Shown: positions 1 to 8,867, counted from the stretch's first letter. The stretch is 32,000 bases of DNA from Candidatus Iainarchaeum sp. (GCA_030649345.1 JAUSKK010000038.1:1-32000), one strand, 5' to 3'. The notes: a model not told the origin generated them from the letters alone. Program-made: numbers and translations.

Positions 1-447
1 TTATTTTCTTGCTTTTTTTTCAGTTAAATCTTCTTTTTGGATCATTTTTTCCAAAATTTGTCCAGTGACTTGTCCAGTTTGTCCAGGCCGGTTGGTGACT
101 TTGGCCTGCATTATTTTTCCGCTGACAGTGCCTTGAATAACAGCTCCTTGAGTCATAATGTTTCTTCTGGCAAATTGTCGGTTAGCAGGATTTAATACAA
201 CGGTTTCAATTTTCATTTTATGGCTTTTTCCTTCAGCATCTAAGACTGTGGCGTGTTGTACTTTGTTGGCTTTAAGTTTTAAGACATTGCCCATTCCTTT
301 GGCTACAGTAATTTCTTCTTGGCCACCGTCTGCAACTACAGTTGTTAAAGTTGGATGATTGCCTTTTTCGTAAAGTTTTTTATTGCGGGGAATTACTTTT
401 TTTGCTCCGCTGGGTTTTGTTTTAGATCCTAAATGCCATTGTGTCAA
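1..447 (-). CDS. rps8e: 30S ribosomal protein S8e
   Basis: The 148-aa ORF has the N-terminus TQWHLGSKTKPSGAKK, which fits the S8e signature (W-x-G-x-S-x-K-x-S/T-G). It is basic throughout. The apparent start is TTG at 447, preceded by AGGTGA. The stop codon is at 1-3. Confidence 0.8.
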   Translation of the reverse strand: MTQWHLGSKTKPSGAKKVIPRNKKLYEKGNHPTLTTVVADGGQEEITVAKGMGNVLKLKANKVQHATVLDAEGKSHKMKIETVVLNPANRQFARRNIMTQGAVIQGTVSGKIMQAKVTNRPGQTGQVTGQILEKMIQKEDLTEKKARK

Positions 448-491
448 TATTTCACCTTCTATTTTAATTCTTATATCTTCTTGTTTAATAA

Positions 492-1052
492 ATGATTCAA
501 AAAATAGGCCCTGGTTTTGTTTTAATTAAAACCGGCTATTTGACTATTAATACTGTTGAAGAAAGCATTAATAAAACTTTGGCTTTGCTTTCCCGGCCTT
601 CTGAGTTTGCTCAAATCATTTCCGTAAAGCCAATTTGTTCAATGGATCAAATCTTTTTTGGAGCAGATCAAGCTCAAGAATTTTTTACACAAAATCTTGG
701 AATTACTTCTTCTATTCCTTTAGAATTTTTAGTAAGAGTTACTGCTCAAAGGCAGTTAAAGGATGCTTTGGTTTTGGCTGGTTTAAAGCAAGGCAAACAG
801 TCTGTTTGTTTGGTTTTTTATTCGAATTCAAAAGATCGTGTTCAGCAAGCATTTAAAAAATTTGAAGAATTATTTGAGTTTAAAGAAAAAAAGAATTTGC
901 TTGAAGAAAATTGTAAGCAAAATTTTTCTGATTTGTGTTTTTTGTATAACATTTCTGAAACTGAGCTTAATGTGATAAATTTTAAAAATAAAACAAAAGC
1001 TTTGCAGTCCTTGGTTTTGGAACGTATTGCTTGTTTGGAATTAAACAAGTAA
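492..1052 (+). CDS. cgi121: KEOPS complex subunit Cgi121
   Basis: The 186-aa ORF starts with ATG. EFLVRVTAQRQLKDALVLAGLKQGKQSVCLVF and the C-terminal VLERIACLELNK resemble the remembered Methanocaldococcus Cgi121 segments EILVRASGQRQIHEAIKIIGAKDGNVCLIC and VLEKIALIELKK. Confidence 0.75.
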   Translation: MIQKIGPGFVLIKTGYLTINTVEESINKTLALLSRPSEFAQIISVKPICSMDQIFFGADQAQEFFTQNLGITSSIPLEFLVRVTAQRQLKDALVLAGLKQGKQSVCLVFYSNSKDRVQQAFKKFEELFEFKEKKNLLEENCKQNFSDLCFLYNISETELNVINFKNKTKALQSLVLERIACLELNK

Positions 1053-1092
1053 CCAGTAGGTATTTATTCTATTTAAGTCTCTTTATTTTAAT

Positions 1093-1806
1093 ATGCTGCA
1101 ACCGAAACGTTCTTCTCAGGAAATGTTTAAGGCTTTAATGCGTTTAACTCGGATTGCGGATAAATTGGGAATTCAATATTGTTTTGTTGGCAGTACTTTG
1201 CCGTTTATTGAAACCAAAGTTCGAAGATTAACTGACATTGATTTGGTTGTTGAAAGTCCTGAAGCTGCTGCCCGCTTGTTTAATTCTGCTAATTTTCGAG
1301 ATCCTGATTTTGAATTTAATTTATCTAAAACTCCTGCCTTGGCTAGGGCTGGCCAGTATTTTGCCAGAGCTCAAGGTATTCGTTTTGATATTTACACCAA
1401 AGATTTAGGTGGCATGCCTGTTTCATTGATTTTGCAAAATAAATCTGTACATACTCAGTCTCGTTTTCGTATTCCTTTGGTTTCTAGAGATCTGTATTTT
1501 GTTTTGAAAACATTAATTCAGCCGTTTGCTGAAATTGCTTTGACTGGAAGACTGAAAAAAGGAACTGGCCGCGGAAATTCCGGAAAAAAAGATTTATTTG
1601 ATTTGACTTTAATGCATCGTCGTGTTGATTTAGCTAAAGTTAGAGAACTGGCAAGTCATTTGTCGCCTGAAATTCGTGCACGCATTGATGCCAATATTGC
1701 ATTTATTCAAAAGCCTTCCAAGCAAGGCCAGAAAATTATTTGGCGTGCCAAAGAAAGATTGCATCGTGCACCCAGGCAAGGAATGGGTCGTCATGCAATA
1801 AAGTAG
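1093..1806 (+). CDS. hypothetical protein, possible nucleotidyltransferase fold
   Basis: The 237-aa ORF starts with ATG. The N-terminal CFVGSTLPFIE...LTDIDLVVES looks like a GS...DxD minimal nucleotidyltransferase motif. The C-terminal tail is basic. The fold assignment is weak. Confidence 0.35.
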   Translation: MLQPKRSSQEMFKALMRLTRIADKLGIQYCFVGSTLPFIETKVRRLTDIDLVVESPEAAARLFNSANFRDPDFEFNLSKTPALARAGQYFARAQGIRFDIYTKDLGGMPVSLILQNKSVHTQSRFRIPLVSRDLYFVLKTLIQPFAEIALTGRLKKGTGRGNSGKKDLFDLTLMHRRVDLAKVRELASHLSPEIRARIDANIAFIQKPSKQGQKIIWRAKERLHRAPRQGMGRHAIK

Positions 1807-1820
1807 TGGAAATTGGTTTT

Positions 1821-3149
1821 TTATTCCAAGTTTAATTCTGTGTCCAATGGGCTTCGTTCTAATATTTCTCCGCGCAAGTTTTTGTTTAATAATTCTTTAG
1901 TTTCTTTTGGTGAAAAGTTTCCTAAAAGCCAAGCTAGTTTAATAAAAGCTGTTTCTGGCAGCATGTCTTCGCAGTAAATAACTCCCATGGCTTCTGTTTT
2001 CCGTGCATTTACATATACTTTGCTGTGCACTCGACCATTCAGGCATTGAGAAGTCATTCCAACTATGCAGTTAGTATCCAATAATTTTTGGAATGCTTTT
2101 TTGTTCATTTCGTTTTGTTCAGTATTGATTTGAATATGCCCCAATCCTGTGCCTGCTAAAATTAAGCCTTTGTATTTTTTTTCTCTAAAAAAATCAAATT
2201 CTTCCGGTAAAGTATGCGGGTGAGAATAAAAAAATCCAGTTTTAGTTTCCATTTTTTTTCGAACAATCATTTTTGTACTGGTTTTTTTTACGTAATCTTT
2301 TTTGATGTATTCAATTTTTTTGGTTGCATAATCTACCAGTGCGATGGGTGTATCGTTAATGGCTTGAAAGGCATCTCTTTTGGATGTGTGTATTTTTCGT
2401 GTTTTCGTTCCAGGCAAAATTGCACATTTTGTATCTGAGCTGGTTTTATGCATGCAAATGCATACTCCAGTGTAATCTGTTTGAGCCGCAAATGTTATGG
2501 CTGAAATTAAATTCATGGCAGCGTCACTGCTGGGTCGATCAGAACTTCTTTGAGATGCAACGAATATTATGGGCACGGGTAAGTTTTCAAACATGAATGA
2601 AATCGCTGCTGACGTGTAGGTAAGTGTATCTGTTCCGTGGGTGATTACAATTCCTTTTAGGTTTTTGTTTTCTTGAATTTCTTTTTCAATAGCACTGGCA
2701 ATAAGTTCATAGTTTTCAAATCGCAAGTCTTCGGATAATAATGCACTGACTTTGACAGATTTTACATAAGCTATGTTTGGAATTTCAGGCACTGTGTTGA
2801 TTAAGTCTTCTCCTTTAACAACTGCTTGGACTCCGCCGGTAGTATAATCTACCCGGCTGAGAATGGTTCCGCCAGTATGCAATAAAGTTACTTGGGGTAA
2901 TTTTTCGTTTTGTTGTATGCTTTGACTTTTTGAAGTTCCAATACTTTTTCCAGCACCAATTTTTTTAATATTTTGAATATTTTCGTATTTGAATCCTGCA
3001 TTGTAGCCATTGCTGAGTTTAAGTTCAACTGTTGGTTTTTCAGAGCAAGGCAATAGTATTCCAGTAAATGTTTGTCCTTGGCTTTCGAGTTCTACTTCTT
3101 CGCCTGGATTTACTTTAAATTTTTTGCACATTTTACAGTCTGCAGTCAT
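1821..3149 (-). CDS. gatD: Glu-tRNA(Gln) amidotransferase subunit D (GatD)
   Basis: The 442-aa ORF has an N-terminal GatD-specific domain followed by an asparaginase-type domain. The domain carries the LLHTGGTI and ITHGTDTL motifs. Confidence 0.85.
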   Translation of the reverse strand: MTADCKMCKKFKVNPGEEVELESQGQTFTGILLPCSEKPTVELKLSNGYNAGFKYENIQNIKKIGAGKSIGTSKSQSIQQNEKLPQVTLLHTGGTILSRVDYTTGGVQAVVKGEDLINTVPEIPNIAYVKSVKVSALLSEDLRFENYELIASAIEKEIQENKNLKGIVITHGTDTLTYTSAAISFMFENLPVPIIFVASQRSSDRPSSDAAMNLISAITFAAQTDYTGVCICMHKTSSDTKCAILPGTKTRKIHTSKRDAFQAINDTPIALVDYATKKIEYIKKDYVKKTSTKMIVRKKMETKTGFFYSHPHTLPEEFDFFREKKYKGLILAGTGLGHIQINTEQNEMNKKAFQKLLDTNCIVGMTSQCLNGRVHSKVYVNARKTEAMGVIYCEDMLPETAFIKLAWLLGNFSPKETKELLNKNLRGEILERSPLDTELNLE

Positions 3150-3235
3150 TCTATAATTTACTTATTAAACCTTTTTAAGAGTATACAGTATATGCGGAAG
3201 CTTTTTTGGTTAAGCTTTTCCGTAAGGAAAAGGTT

Positions 3236-3922
3236 ATGAAAATTTGCGGCTTGTTTTCAGGCGGAAAAGATTCAACCTATGCTTTGTTTAAGGCTATTCA
3301 AGCAGGGCATGAGATTGTATGCTTATTAACCATTCGTGCAGAACGCGATGATTCATACATGTATCAAGTCTCCAATATTGAATTAACGGAATTGGGTGCA
3401 GAAGCCATGGATTTGCCTTTAGTGGTTGAGTATTCTACTGGAATTAAAGAATTAGAATTAAGCGAATTAAGAACTGCTTTAACTGAATTGAAATCTAAAT
3501 TAGGTCTTGAAGGAGTTTCTACTGGTGCGATTGCGTCCAGATATCAAGCTGACAGAATTCAAAAAATTTGCGATGACTTGGGATTAAAAACATTTAATCC
3601 GCATTGGCAAAGAAATCATGAAGAATTACTGCGCGAAATGCTGGCCCATGATTTTAAAATAATGATTCATGCCGTAGCTGCTCAAGGTTTAGATAATGAT
3701 TTATGGTTAGGCCGAATTTTGGACAATCAAGCTGTTGAGGAATTAATTCAATTAAACAAAAAATTCGGTGTGTCTTTGATTGGAGAAGGCGGAGAATTTG
3801 AATCTTTGGTTTTAGACTGTCCTTTGTTTAAGAAAAAAATCGAAATCGTGGAAGCTGTAAAAGAATGGAAAGGATTAAGAGGAATATATAAAATTAAAAA
3901 AGCAATTTTGGTTGAAAAATGA
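3236..3922 (+). CDS. PP-loop ATP pyrophosphatase, MJ0570/Dph6 (diphthine-ammonia ligase) family
   Basis: The start was trimmed to ATG 3236 (MKICGLFSGGKDS); the ORF-track start at 3206 is TTG. The protein has the SGGKDS PP-loop and the EGGEFES motif typical of this family. Confidence 0.75.
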   Translation: MKICGLFSGGKDSTYALFKAIQAGHEIVCLLTIRAERDDSYMYQVSNIELTELGAEAMDLPLVVEYSTGIKELELSELRTALTELKSKLGLEGVSTGAIASRYQADRIQKICDDLGLKTFNPHWQRNHEELLREMLAHDFKIMIHAVAAQGLDNDLWLGRILDNQAVEELIQLNKKFGVSLIGEGGEFESLVLDCPLFKKKIEIVEAVKEWKGLRGIYKIKKAILVEK

Positions 3923-3932
3923 AGTGAAAATT

Positions 3933-4022
3933 ATGTCTTTAATGGATTGGATTTTTTTTATTTTATTAATTGTATTAAGTTTATGGTTTGCTGTAACTTG
4001 GCTAACCGGTCATGCTATTTAA
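3933..4022 (+). CDS. possible 29-aa hydrophobic micropeptide
   Basis: An ATG-to-TAA ORF missing from the track encodes MSLMDWIFFILLIVLSLWFAVTWLTGHAI, a single predicted TM helix. It fills the gap between two convergent genes. There is no other support. Confidence 0.2.
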   Translation: MSLMDWIFFILLIVLSLWFAVTWLTGHAI

Positions 4023-4029
4023 GAAAAAG

Positions 4030-4725
4030 TTATTTTCCTTGTTCGATTTGTGCAAGCACACGTTGAGCTTGTTCGTTTTTCATTTGTGTTTTCCAATTTT
4101 TCATAAGTTCTTCTCGAGTTATTGCTTTTCCTTGAGTTATGGTTTCAAACCAGTATCTTAAATCATTGCGTATGGCGTTGTCTTTTTGGGTTTGAGGAAT
4201 ATTGTGCAATTCTTGTATTGCGTATAAATCAATGTCTGCAATTACAAATTTTACTCGTCCAGAATGCGTAGTTGCTGAAATGGAATCAATGGCTGGAGCG
4301 TATCCTGTGTTTACAATTTCAATAATCAGTTTGGATAATGCATAGGCTGTTTTAGGTGTTTTAATGTGACTTAGTTTTACTTTTTGCATATCTTCCACTA
4401 ATTCCATAACCTGTGTCCAAGCTCTTTTGTATCGTGTGAATTCTGTTTTAATTAATGGAAGTTTTGCGTTTCGTAACTTTTTAATAACTTTTTGATAAGC
4501 TTCAACTGTTTCTGGTTTTAAAGGATGGCGAAATCTTTTTACTGCAACTTCAATATATCGATTTCCGCGTTTTTTTCGGCCCACAACAACTATTCCACTT
4601 AAACCTGAACCTAGGCCTTCTCGGGTTAATCGAATGTGTTGCGGCCTACGAATAGTTCGTCTGGATTGAACTCGTTTACTAAATCTTTTTCCCTTTATAA
4701 ACTTGAAACTTAATTGTTGTGGCAT
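4030..4725 (-). CDS. hypothetical basic protein with protein-kinase-like N-lobe motif
   Basis: The start was trimmed to ATG 4725 (MPQQLSF), which overlaps the upstream stop codon as TAATG. GSGLSGIVVVG...IEVAVKRF resembles a glycine loop plus VAVK lysine. The catalytic-loop motifs are not clear. Confidence 0.45.
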   Translation of the reverse strand: MPQQLSFKFIKGKRFSKRVQSRRTIRRPQHIRLTREGLGSGLSGIVVVGRKKRGNRYIEVAVKRFRHPLKPETVEAYQKVIKKLRNAKLPLIKTEFTRYKRAWTQVMELVEDMQKVKLSHIKTPKTAYALSKLIIEIVNTGYAPAIDSISATTHSGRVKFVIADIDLYAIQELHNIPQTQKDNAIRNDLRYWFETITQGKAITREELMKNWKTQMKNEQAQRVLAQIEQGK

Positions 4726-4982
4726 TATCTTTTTCTCCGTGTTTTGTACATTGGCAAATGATCTAGTTTTCGGGCTTGCCATTTCAGTAATTGTTCTACA
4801 ATCCAAGTAATTACGTAAGCAATTCCGAATACTACAATTAATTCAGGCCATTTTCCGGCCTTAAAAAAATAGGTAGTTAAATCATGGCTCCAGACTTTAA
4901 AGGAAACCAATACAAAAACAGTTACAATTACACTAATTAAAAATATGGCCATTTTTTCAATGAATAAAAGTTTTCGTCCCAT
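4725..4982 (-). CDS. small membrane protein (2 predicted TM helices)
   Basis: The 85-aa ORF has two hydrophobic stretches (IFLISVIVTVFVLVSF and LIVVFGIAYVITWIV). Its ATG overlaps the ligase stop codon by 1 nt and its own stop overlaps the next ATG, which suggests translational coupling. Confidence 0.5.
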   Translation of the reverse strand: MGRKLLFIEKMAIFLISVIVTVFVLVSFKVWSHDLTTYFFKAGKWPELIVVFGIAYVITWIVEQLLKWQARKLDHLPMYKTRRKR

Positions 4983-6829
4983 TAGTTTTCACTGCCTTCT
5001 TGTTTTATGACTTGTACATGTTTTTGGTTTTTGTACATTTTAATTATTTCGTCTGTATGCGTGCAATCTTCTGCTTGTTTGTCTGTTCGAATTTTCACCA
5101 ATCTTGGAAATCTTAAAGCCAATCCTGTTCCAAATTCTTGTTGCGCAGTTGTATGAACTGGGCTTTTCGTTATTTCATCTGCATTGACTTCAATGACTAT
5201 TTTGGGTTCTACCCAGACATCTGGATTGAGTACAGAATCTACGCGGGCTGGTTTTTGTTTGGTTTTCAGTTTTTCTAAATCGTGTGCAAATTGTTTGAGT
5301 TGTTCTTCGCTTAATCCTGTGCCAATTTTGGCAATGCTTTCAAATACATCTCTTTCTGGATTATACACTGCAGCCAGTAAAGCACCCAATCCAAATACTG
5401 TTCTTTGTCCTCTTCCTTTCAAATATCCAATAATGACTGCGTCAATGGTGTCGTGCAATTCTCCTTTATAGGATCGTTTTAATTTAATCCATGCAAATTT
5501 TCTGGCTCCAGCAATATAGGGTGCGTTTAAGTCTTTGGCAATAATTCCTTCAAGTCCTTTTTCAATGGCTTGATCAAAAAATGAATTAACTTCTAGTGCA
5601 TTGCTGGTGACAATTCTTTCCGGTAAATCTACAATTTTTCGTTCTGTAATAATTTCGTTTAGTTTTTCTTGTCTTTCTTGAAATGGCAAAGGCATTAAAT
5701 TTTTTCCATTCAAGTACATGCAGTCAAATACAAATAATTTGAGCGGAACTTTTTCAGAAAATTCTTTTACTTCGTGTTTTCGTTTTCTTTGAATGGTGAC
5801 TTGAAATGCTTCAAATTCTCCAGTAATTTCATTGACTGCCAAAGCTTCTCCTTCGAAAATCATTGTTTTGGCTTTAATTTCTGTTCGAATTCCTTGAACT
5901 ATGTCTGGAAACATTGCAGTCATTTCTTCTAAATTTCTAGAATAAATTGTAACTGTGTTTTCGTTTTTATGACATTGTAGTCTTAGTCCGTCGTATTTTC
6001 CTTCGATGGCACAGTTTCCTAATTTTTCAATAATTTCTTCTCCTGTGTTCATTCGTTCTGCTAAAGTTGGCCGTATAGGAACTCCAACCGTAATTTCGAT
6101 TTGATTTAATCCATTTAATCCTTTTTGTTTGAGCATTTCTGCAATTTTTCCCAAGTCTGGAAAAATATTGTATTTTTCTTCAATTTTTTCCCGCAATCGC
6201 ATTCTGAGTTGTCTTTGCAAGTCTTCTGGTTTTTTGTATTTTGTTTCAAGTTCTTGAACTAGTTTTTTTTCTTTGGTTTGAAATTCATTCAAATAGTTTA
6301 CTGCCAATGAATCCATTAAAGTTGGATCTCCTGTGCCCAATCTAAGTTGTCCTAATGGAACGCGTGTAATAAATTTGGCTTCCAAGGGTTGCGCTGAGTT
6401 TAGTAATTCAGCCAATAGTTTGATTTTGCTTTCTTGGCTTCCAGTTCCTGAAGTAGTTGCAATTTTTAAAAAATTGGCAAACACTTTGTTTACGGTTAAT
6501 TCTTCTGTATACAAACTGGACTGCTTTTTTTTGCTTAATATTTCTTGCGCTACCAGTCCTAAGTCTCCTTGTTCTTTGTATTTTTTTTGCAATTCTTCTT
6601 TTTTATATCCTGAAATTTTTGCAATGCTTTCCAGTACATATTGTTCGCCCATGCCGGCTTCAATATTTTTGTAATCCGGTCCTAGTTTTCCTTGGCTTAA
6701 ATAAATTAGTGAAGCAATTTCTTGTTCATTGGCTTGGCCTAACATTTCTGCCAAATGTTTCATCATATCCAGTCTTGAATTGGCTTGTTCGATTTTTTCA
6801 AAAAATTCTGCTACATTTAAGAATTTCAT
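4982..6829 (-). CDS. lig: ATP-dependent DNA ligase
   Basis: The 615-aa ORF has the adenylation motif I EGKYDGLR, plus EGIIAK and FAWIKLK motifs. Length and domain order match archaeal Lig1-type ligases. Confidence 0.9.
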   Translation of the reverse strand: MKFLNVAEFFEKIEQANSRLDMMKHLAEMLGQANEQEIASLIYLSQGKLGPDYKNIEAGMGEQYVLESIAKISGYKKEELQKKYKEQGDLGLVAQEILSKKKQSSLYTEELTVNKVFANFLKIATTSGTGSQESKIKLLAELLNSAQPLEAKFITRVPLGQLRLGTGDPTLMDSLAVNYLNEFQTKEKKLVQELETKYKKPEDLQRQLRMRLREKIEEKYNIFPDLGKIAEMLKQKGLNGLNQIEITVGVPIRPTLAERMNTGEEIIEKLGNCAIEGKYDGLRLQCHKNENTVTIYSRNLEEMTAMFPDIVQGIRTEIKAKTMIFEGEALAVNEITGEFEAFQVTIQRKRKHEVKEFSEKVPLKLFVFDCMYLNGKNLMPLPFQERQEKLNEIITERKIVDLPERIVTSNALEVNSFFDQAIEKGLEGIIAKDLNAPYIAGARKFAWIKLKRSYKGELHDTIDAVIIGYLKGRGQRTVFGLGALLAAVYNPERDVFESIAKIGTGLSEEQLKQFAHDLEKLKTKQKPARVDSVLNPDVWVEPKIVIEVNADEITKSPVHTTAQQEFGTGLALRFPRLVKIRTDKQAEDCTHTDEIIKMYKNQKHVQVIKQEGSEN

Positions 6830-6839
6830 GCAAGTTCCT

Positions 6840-7586
6840 TTATTCTATTTTTATTTTTTTTCCAATTTCTGCTTTAGCTAAAATGACTTCAAATTTGTTT
6901 AAAGCACTTCCATTTTTGATAGAAAATTCCAAAGTATTGTTAGAGCCTGTGATTAAAAATAATTCTTCTTCTGCGCTTTCATATTTTTTGTGAAAATCAA
7001 TTAAGGCTTCCATGCCATCGTAGCTGACCTTGTATTCTTTTTTGTTTAAAGTTGGAACATTGGTAATAATGTTTCCGTATCCATCAATGTTTACAATTTG
7101 TCCTGTGTGTTCTTTTTGAAAAAATTCTAGTCTTTCAAGTTCTTGTTCTGGAATTTTTTTTAATGCTTTTTTGTTTCCTTGATCGATTTGTCCAGCTACT
7201 TTGGCGTAAATATCTCGGCCGTGAAATGTGTTGCTGACCAGCCAGTTGTTTTTGATTATAATTTCGTAAACTTGTTTGATTTCATCTTGTTTTATTGCTT
7301 CATATAAGCAGCCGTTGTTGGGTCCAATAAACCAATAATTTTTGGTTTCAATTGCAATATTTTTTCGTTTTCCGCCAACGCCAGGGTCAACAACGCAGAC
7401 AAAGATTGTTTTTTTTGGAAAAAATAAATAACTGGTTTTTAAAATCCAGGCTGCTTGCAGTATATTTTGAGGCAAAATATTGTGCTGAATATCTACAATA
7501 TTGGCTTTTGGGTTTTCAGAATAGATTACTGCTTTGACTACTCCAGCATAGGCTGTTTCTTGAAAGTCGCTTAATAATGCAATCAT
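6840..7586 (-). CDS. SAM hydroxide adenosyltransferase / SAM hydrolase family protein (DUF62)
   Basis: The 248-aa ORF carries VVDPGVGGKRK, IGPNNG and FHGRDIYA, the motifs I associate with the DUF62 chlorinase/fluorinase-like family. Confidence 0.7.
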   Translation of the reverse strand: MIALLSDFQETAYAGVVKAVIYSENPKANIVDIQHNILPQNILQAAWILKTSYLFFPKKTIFVCVVDPGVGGKRKNIAIETKNYWFIGPNNGCLYEAIKQDEIKQVYEIIIKNNWLVSNTFHGRDIYAKVAGQIDQGNKKALKKIPEQELERLEFFQKEHTGQIVNIDGYGNIITNVPTLNKKEYKVSYDGMEALIDFHKKYESAEEELFLITGSNNTLEFSIKNGSALNKFEVILAKAEIGKKIKIE

Positions 7587-7663
7587 ACTTTAATTAGTGA
7601 ATTTCTGAATTTAAATCATATCCTTTCGATAAGATTTTATCCTAAATAAAGTATTGTTTTAGT

Positions 7664-8383
7664 ATGGTTGTTGAGAAAAAAGCAGTGATTGTGGTTCCTG
7701 CCTTTAATGAAGAAAGTGTCTTGCGTCAAACTTTGAGGATTATTCGTGAAACCAATGTTCCTGCACATATTGTTGTAGTCAATGATGGCAGTACTGATCG
7801 CACGGAAGAAATTGCTCGTGTTTTGAACTGTGAAGTTGTAAATTTGCCAAAGAATCGCGGTAAAGCCAATGCTGTGTTTGCTGGCTTTCGCGCTGCACTC
7901 AAACATTCTCCAACTGCCGTGGTTACTTTGGATGCAGATTTGGTGCGGATTACTTCTCCTGTTTTGCGTTCTTTGGTTAATATTGCGCATCATGCAACAA
8001 CGCGTGGAAAAGTTTTGATGTCTGTTTTTCCGTATGCTGAAGAAGGAGTGATGATGGGAACTTATTCTTCGGGTGTTCGTTCGTTTAGTGTTCAAGCTTT
8101 GCATAAATTACAGCATTCAGGTTTGCGGAAAATTCCTAAAGGGTATGGTTTAGAGGCTTTTTTGAATAAATTTTTTGAAAAAAGTGTAATTGAATTGCCT
8201 AAATTTCCAAGAGCTGATTTTGTAGTGCATCAACGTATTGCTTTTCGAAAAAAAGAAGGACGTAACAGGCAACAAGATGAAATTTTTTTAACCCGAGAAC
8301 GAATGCGTAAAGCAATAGAATCTGTTCGAAGGAAAAAAAGAAAAAAGTTAGGAATTCCAATTGTCAAACCAAGATTAAAATAA
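7664..8383 (+). CDS. family 2 glycosyltransferase
   Basis: The 239-aa ORF has VVPAFNEE and VVVNDGSTDRT (GT-A fold, GT2 signature) and an LDADL DxD-type motif. The C-terminal tail is basic. The antisense ORF 7637..8104 is rejected. Confidence 0.7.
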   Translation: MVVEKKAVIVVPAFNEESVLRQTLRIIRETNVPAHIVVVNDGSTDRTEEIARVLNCEVVNLPKNRGKANAVFAGFRAALKHSPTAVVTLDADLVRITSPVLRSLVNIAHHATTRGKVLMSVFPYAEEGVMMGTYSSGVRSFSVQALHKLQHSGLRKIPKGYGLEAFLNKFFEKSVIELPKFPRADFVVHQRIAFRKKEGRNRQQDEIFLTRERMRKAIESVRRKKRKKLGIPIVKPRLK

Positions 8384-8430
8384 TTTTTTCTTGATGATTT
8401 TAATTAAACTAACTAGTGTGCAGTGCTATT

Positions 8431-8534
8431 GGGCGTTAGTGCGATTAAAATTAGTAAATTTTAATGCGTGATTAAAACTTAGAGTTTTAATACGCCCTGC
8501 TTAGGCACATTAAAACTAAGGATTTTAATTGTGA
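8431..8534. repeat. cluster of three AU-rich hairpins sharing ATTAAAA(Y)...(R)TTTTAAT arms
   Basis: The stems are ATTAAAATT/AATTTTAAT (8444-8466), ATTAAAAC/GTTTTAAT (8471-8491) and CACATTAAAA/TTTTAATTGTG (8506-8533). The first two hairpins are enclosed by GGGCGT (8431-8436) pairing with ACGCCC (8492-8497). Confidence 0.55.
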
Positions 8535-8628
8535 AGATATTCCAATTGATTTTTGAAATTTGGCTGAATTTTGACAGTAGTGCTGACTGAAAGGAAGCAC
8601 TACAATTGACTCCCGGAATTTGCCGGGA

Positions 8629-8793
8629 TGAGGGTGATGAGATTTGAACTCATGTCGTAAGCTAATTTGAATCCTTTTTCCAGTTTCGTATGATCGAGCG
8701 TTAGCGAAGATCATACATCCCGGATGCATCGAAACCACGGAGTGGTTTGGATTCCCAAAGCTTAAATGCTAAACCAGGCTACACTACACCCCC
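8629..8793 (-). tRNA. tRNA-Pro (anticodon UGG) with a 90-nt intron (8664-8753) at position 37/38
   Basis: Exon 1 (8793-8754) is GGGGGTG TA GTGT AGCCTGGTTTA GCAT T TAAGC TT-TGG-G. Exon 2 (8663-8629) is A GCTTA CGAC ATGAG TTCAAAT CTCAT CACCCTC A. The acceptor pairs at 7/7 positions with one G-U, and the anticodon stem TAAGC/GCTTA is perfect. The splice sites sit in GG|A and TT|A bulges around a 4-bp TTTG/CAAA helix, with an outer AATCC/GGATT helix, giving a bulge-helix-bulge. No CCA is encoded. Confidence 0.85.
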
Positions 8794-8830
8794 GGTTCTA
8801 ACTTGTGTTGGTATACTTATTCTTTAGTTG

Positions 8831-8838
8831 AATAAATT
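8831..8838 (-). promoter_or_regulatory. putative TATA box (AATTTATT) for tRNA-Pro
   Basis: AATTTATT on the minus strand lies about 41 nt upstream of the mature tRNA 5' end. The same octamer precedes three of the paralog genes. Confidence 0.3.
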
Positions 8839-8867
8839 ATTAAAATAGATTACTTTGTGGTTTTAGA

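Noticed and set aside
516-529. Perfect 14-nt palindrome GTTTTAATTAAAAC resembling the hairpin-family arms
   Set aside because: It lies inside the Cgi121 coding sequence (FVLIKT) with no flanking module features. It is plausibly a chance occurrence in AT-rich DNA.
7637-8104. 155-aa minus-strand ORF
   Set aside because: It is fully antisense to the well-supported GT2 glycosyltransferase. Its composition is rich in His, Asn, Arg and Cys with low complexity, as expected for an antisense frame.
8441-8534. Possible CRISPR array, because of the ATTAAAAC / GTTTTAAT motifs
   Set aside because: The motifs are the two arms of individual hairpins, not identical direct repeats separated by unique spacers of constant length. 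Only three imperfect units are present and no cas genes are in the window.
8487-8738. 83-aa minus-strand ORF from the six-frame track
   Set aside because: It lies across exon 2 and the intron of tRNA-Pro and the downstream hairpins. Its composition is not protein-like. The RNA gene explains it.
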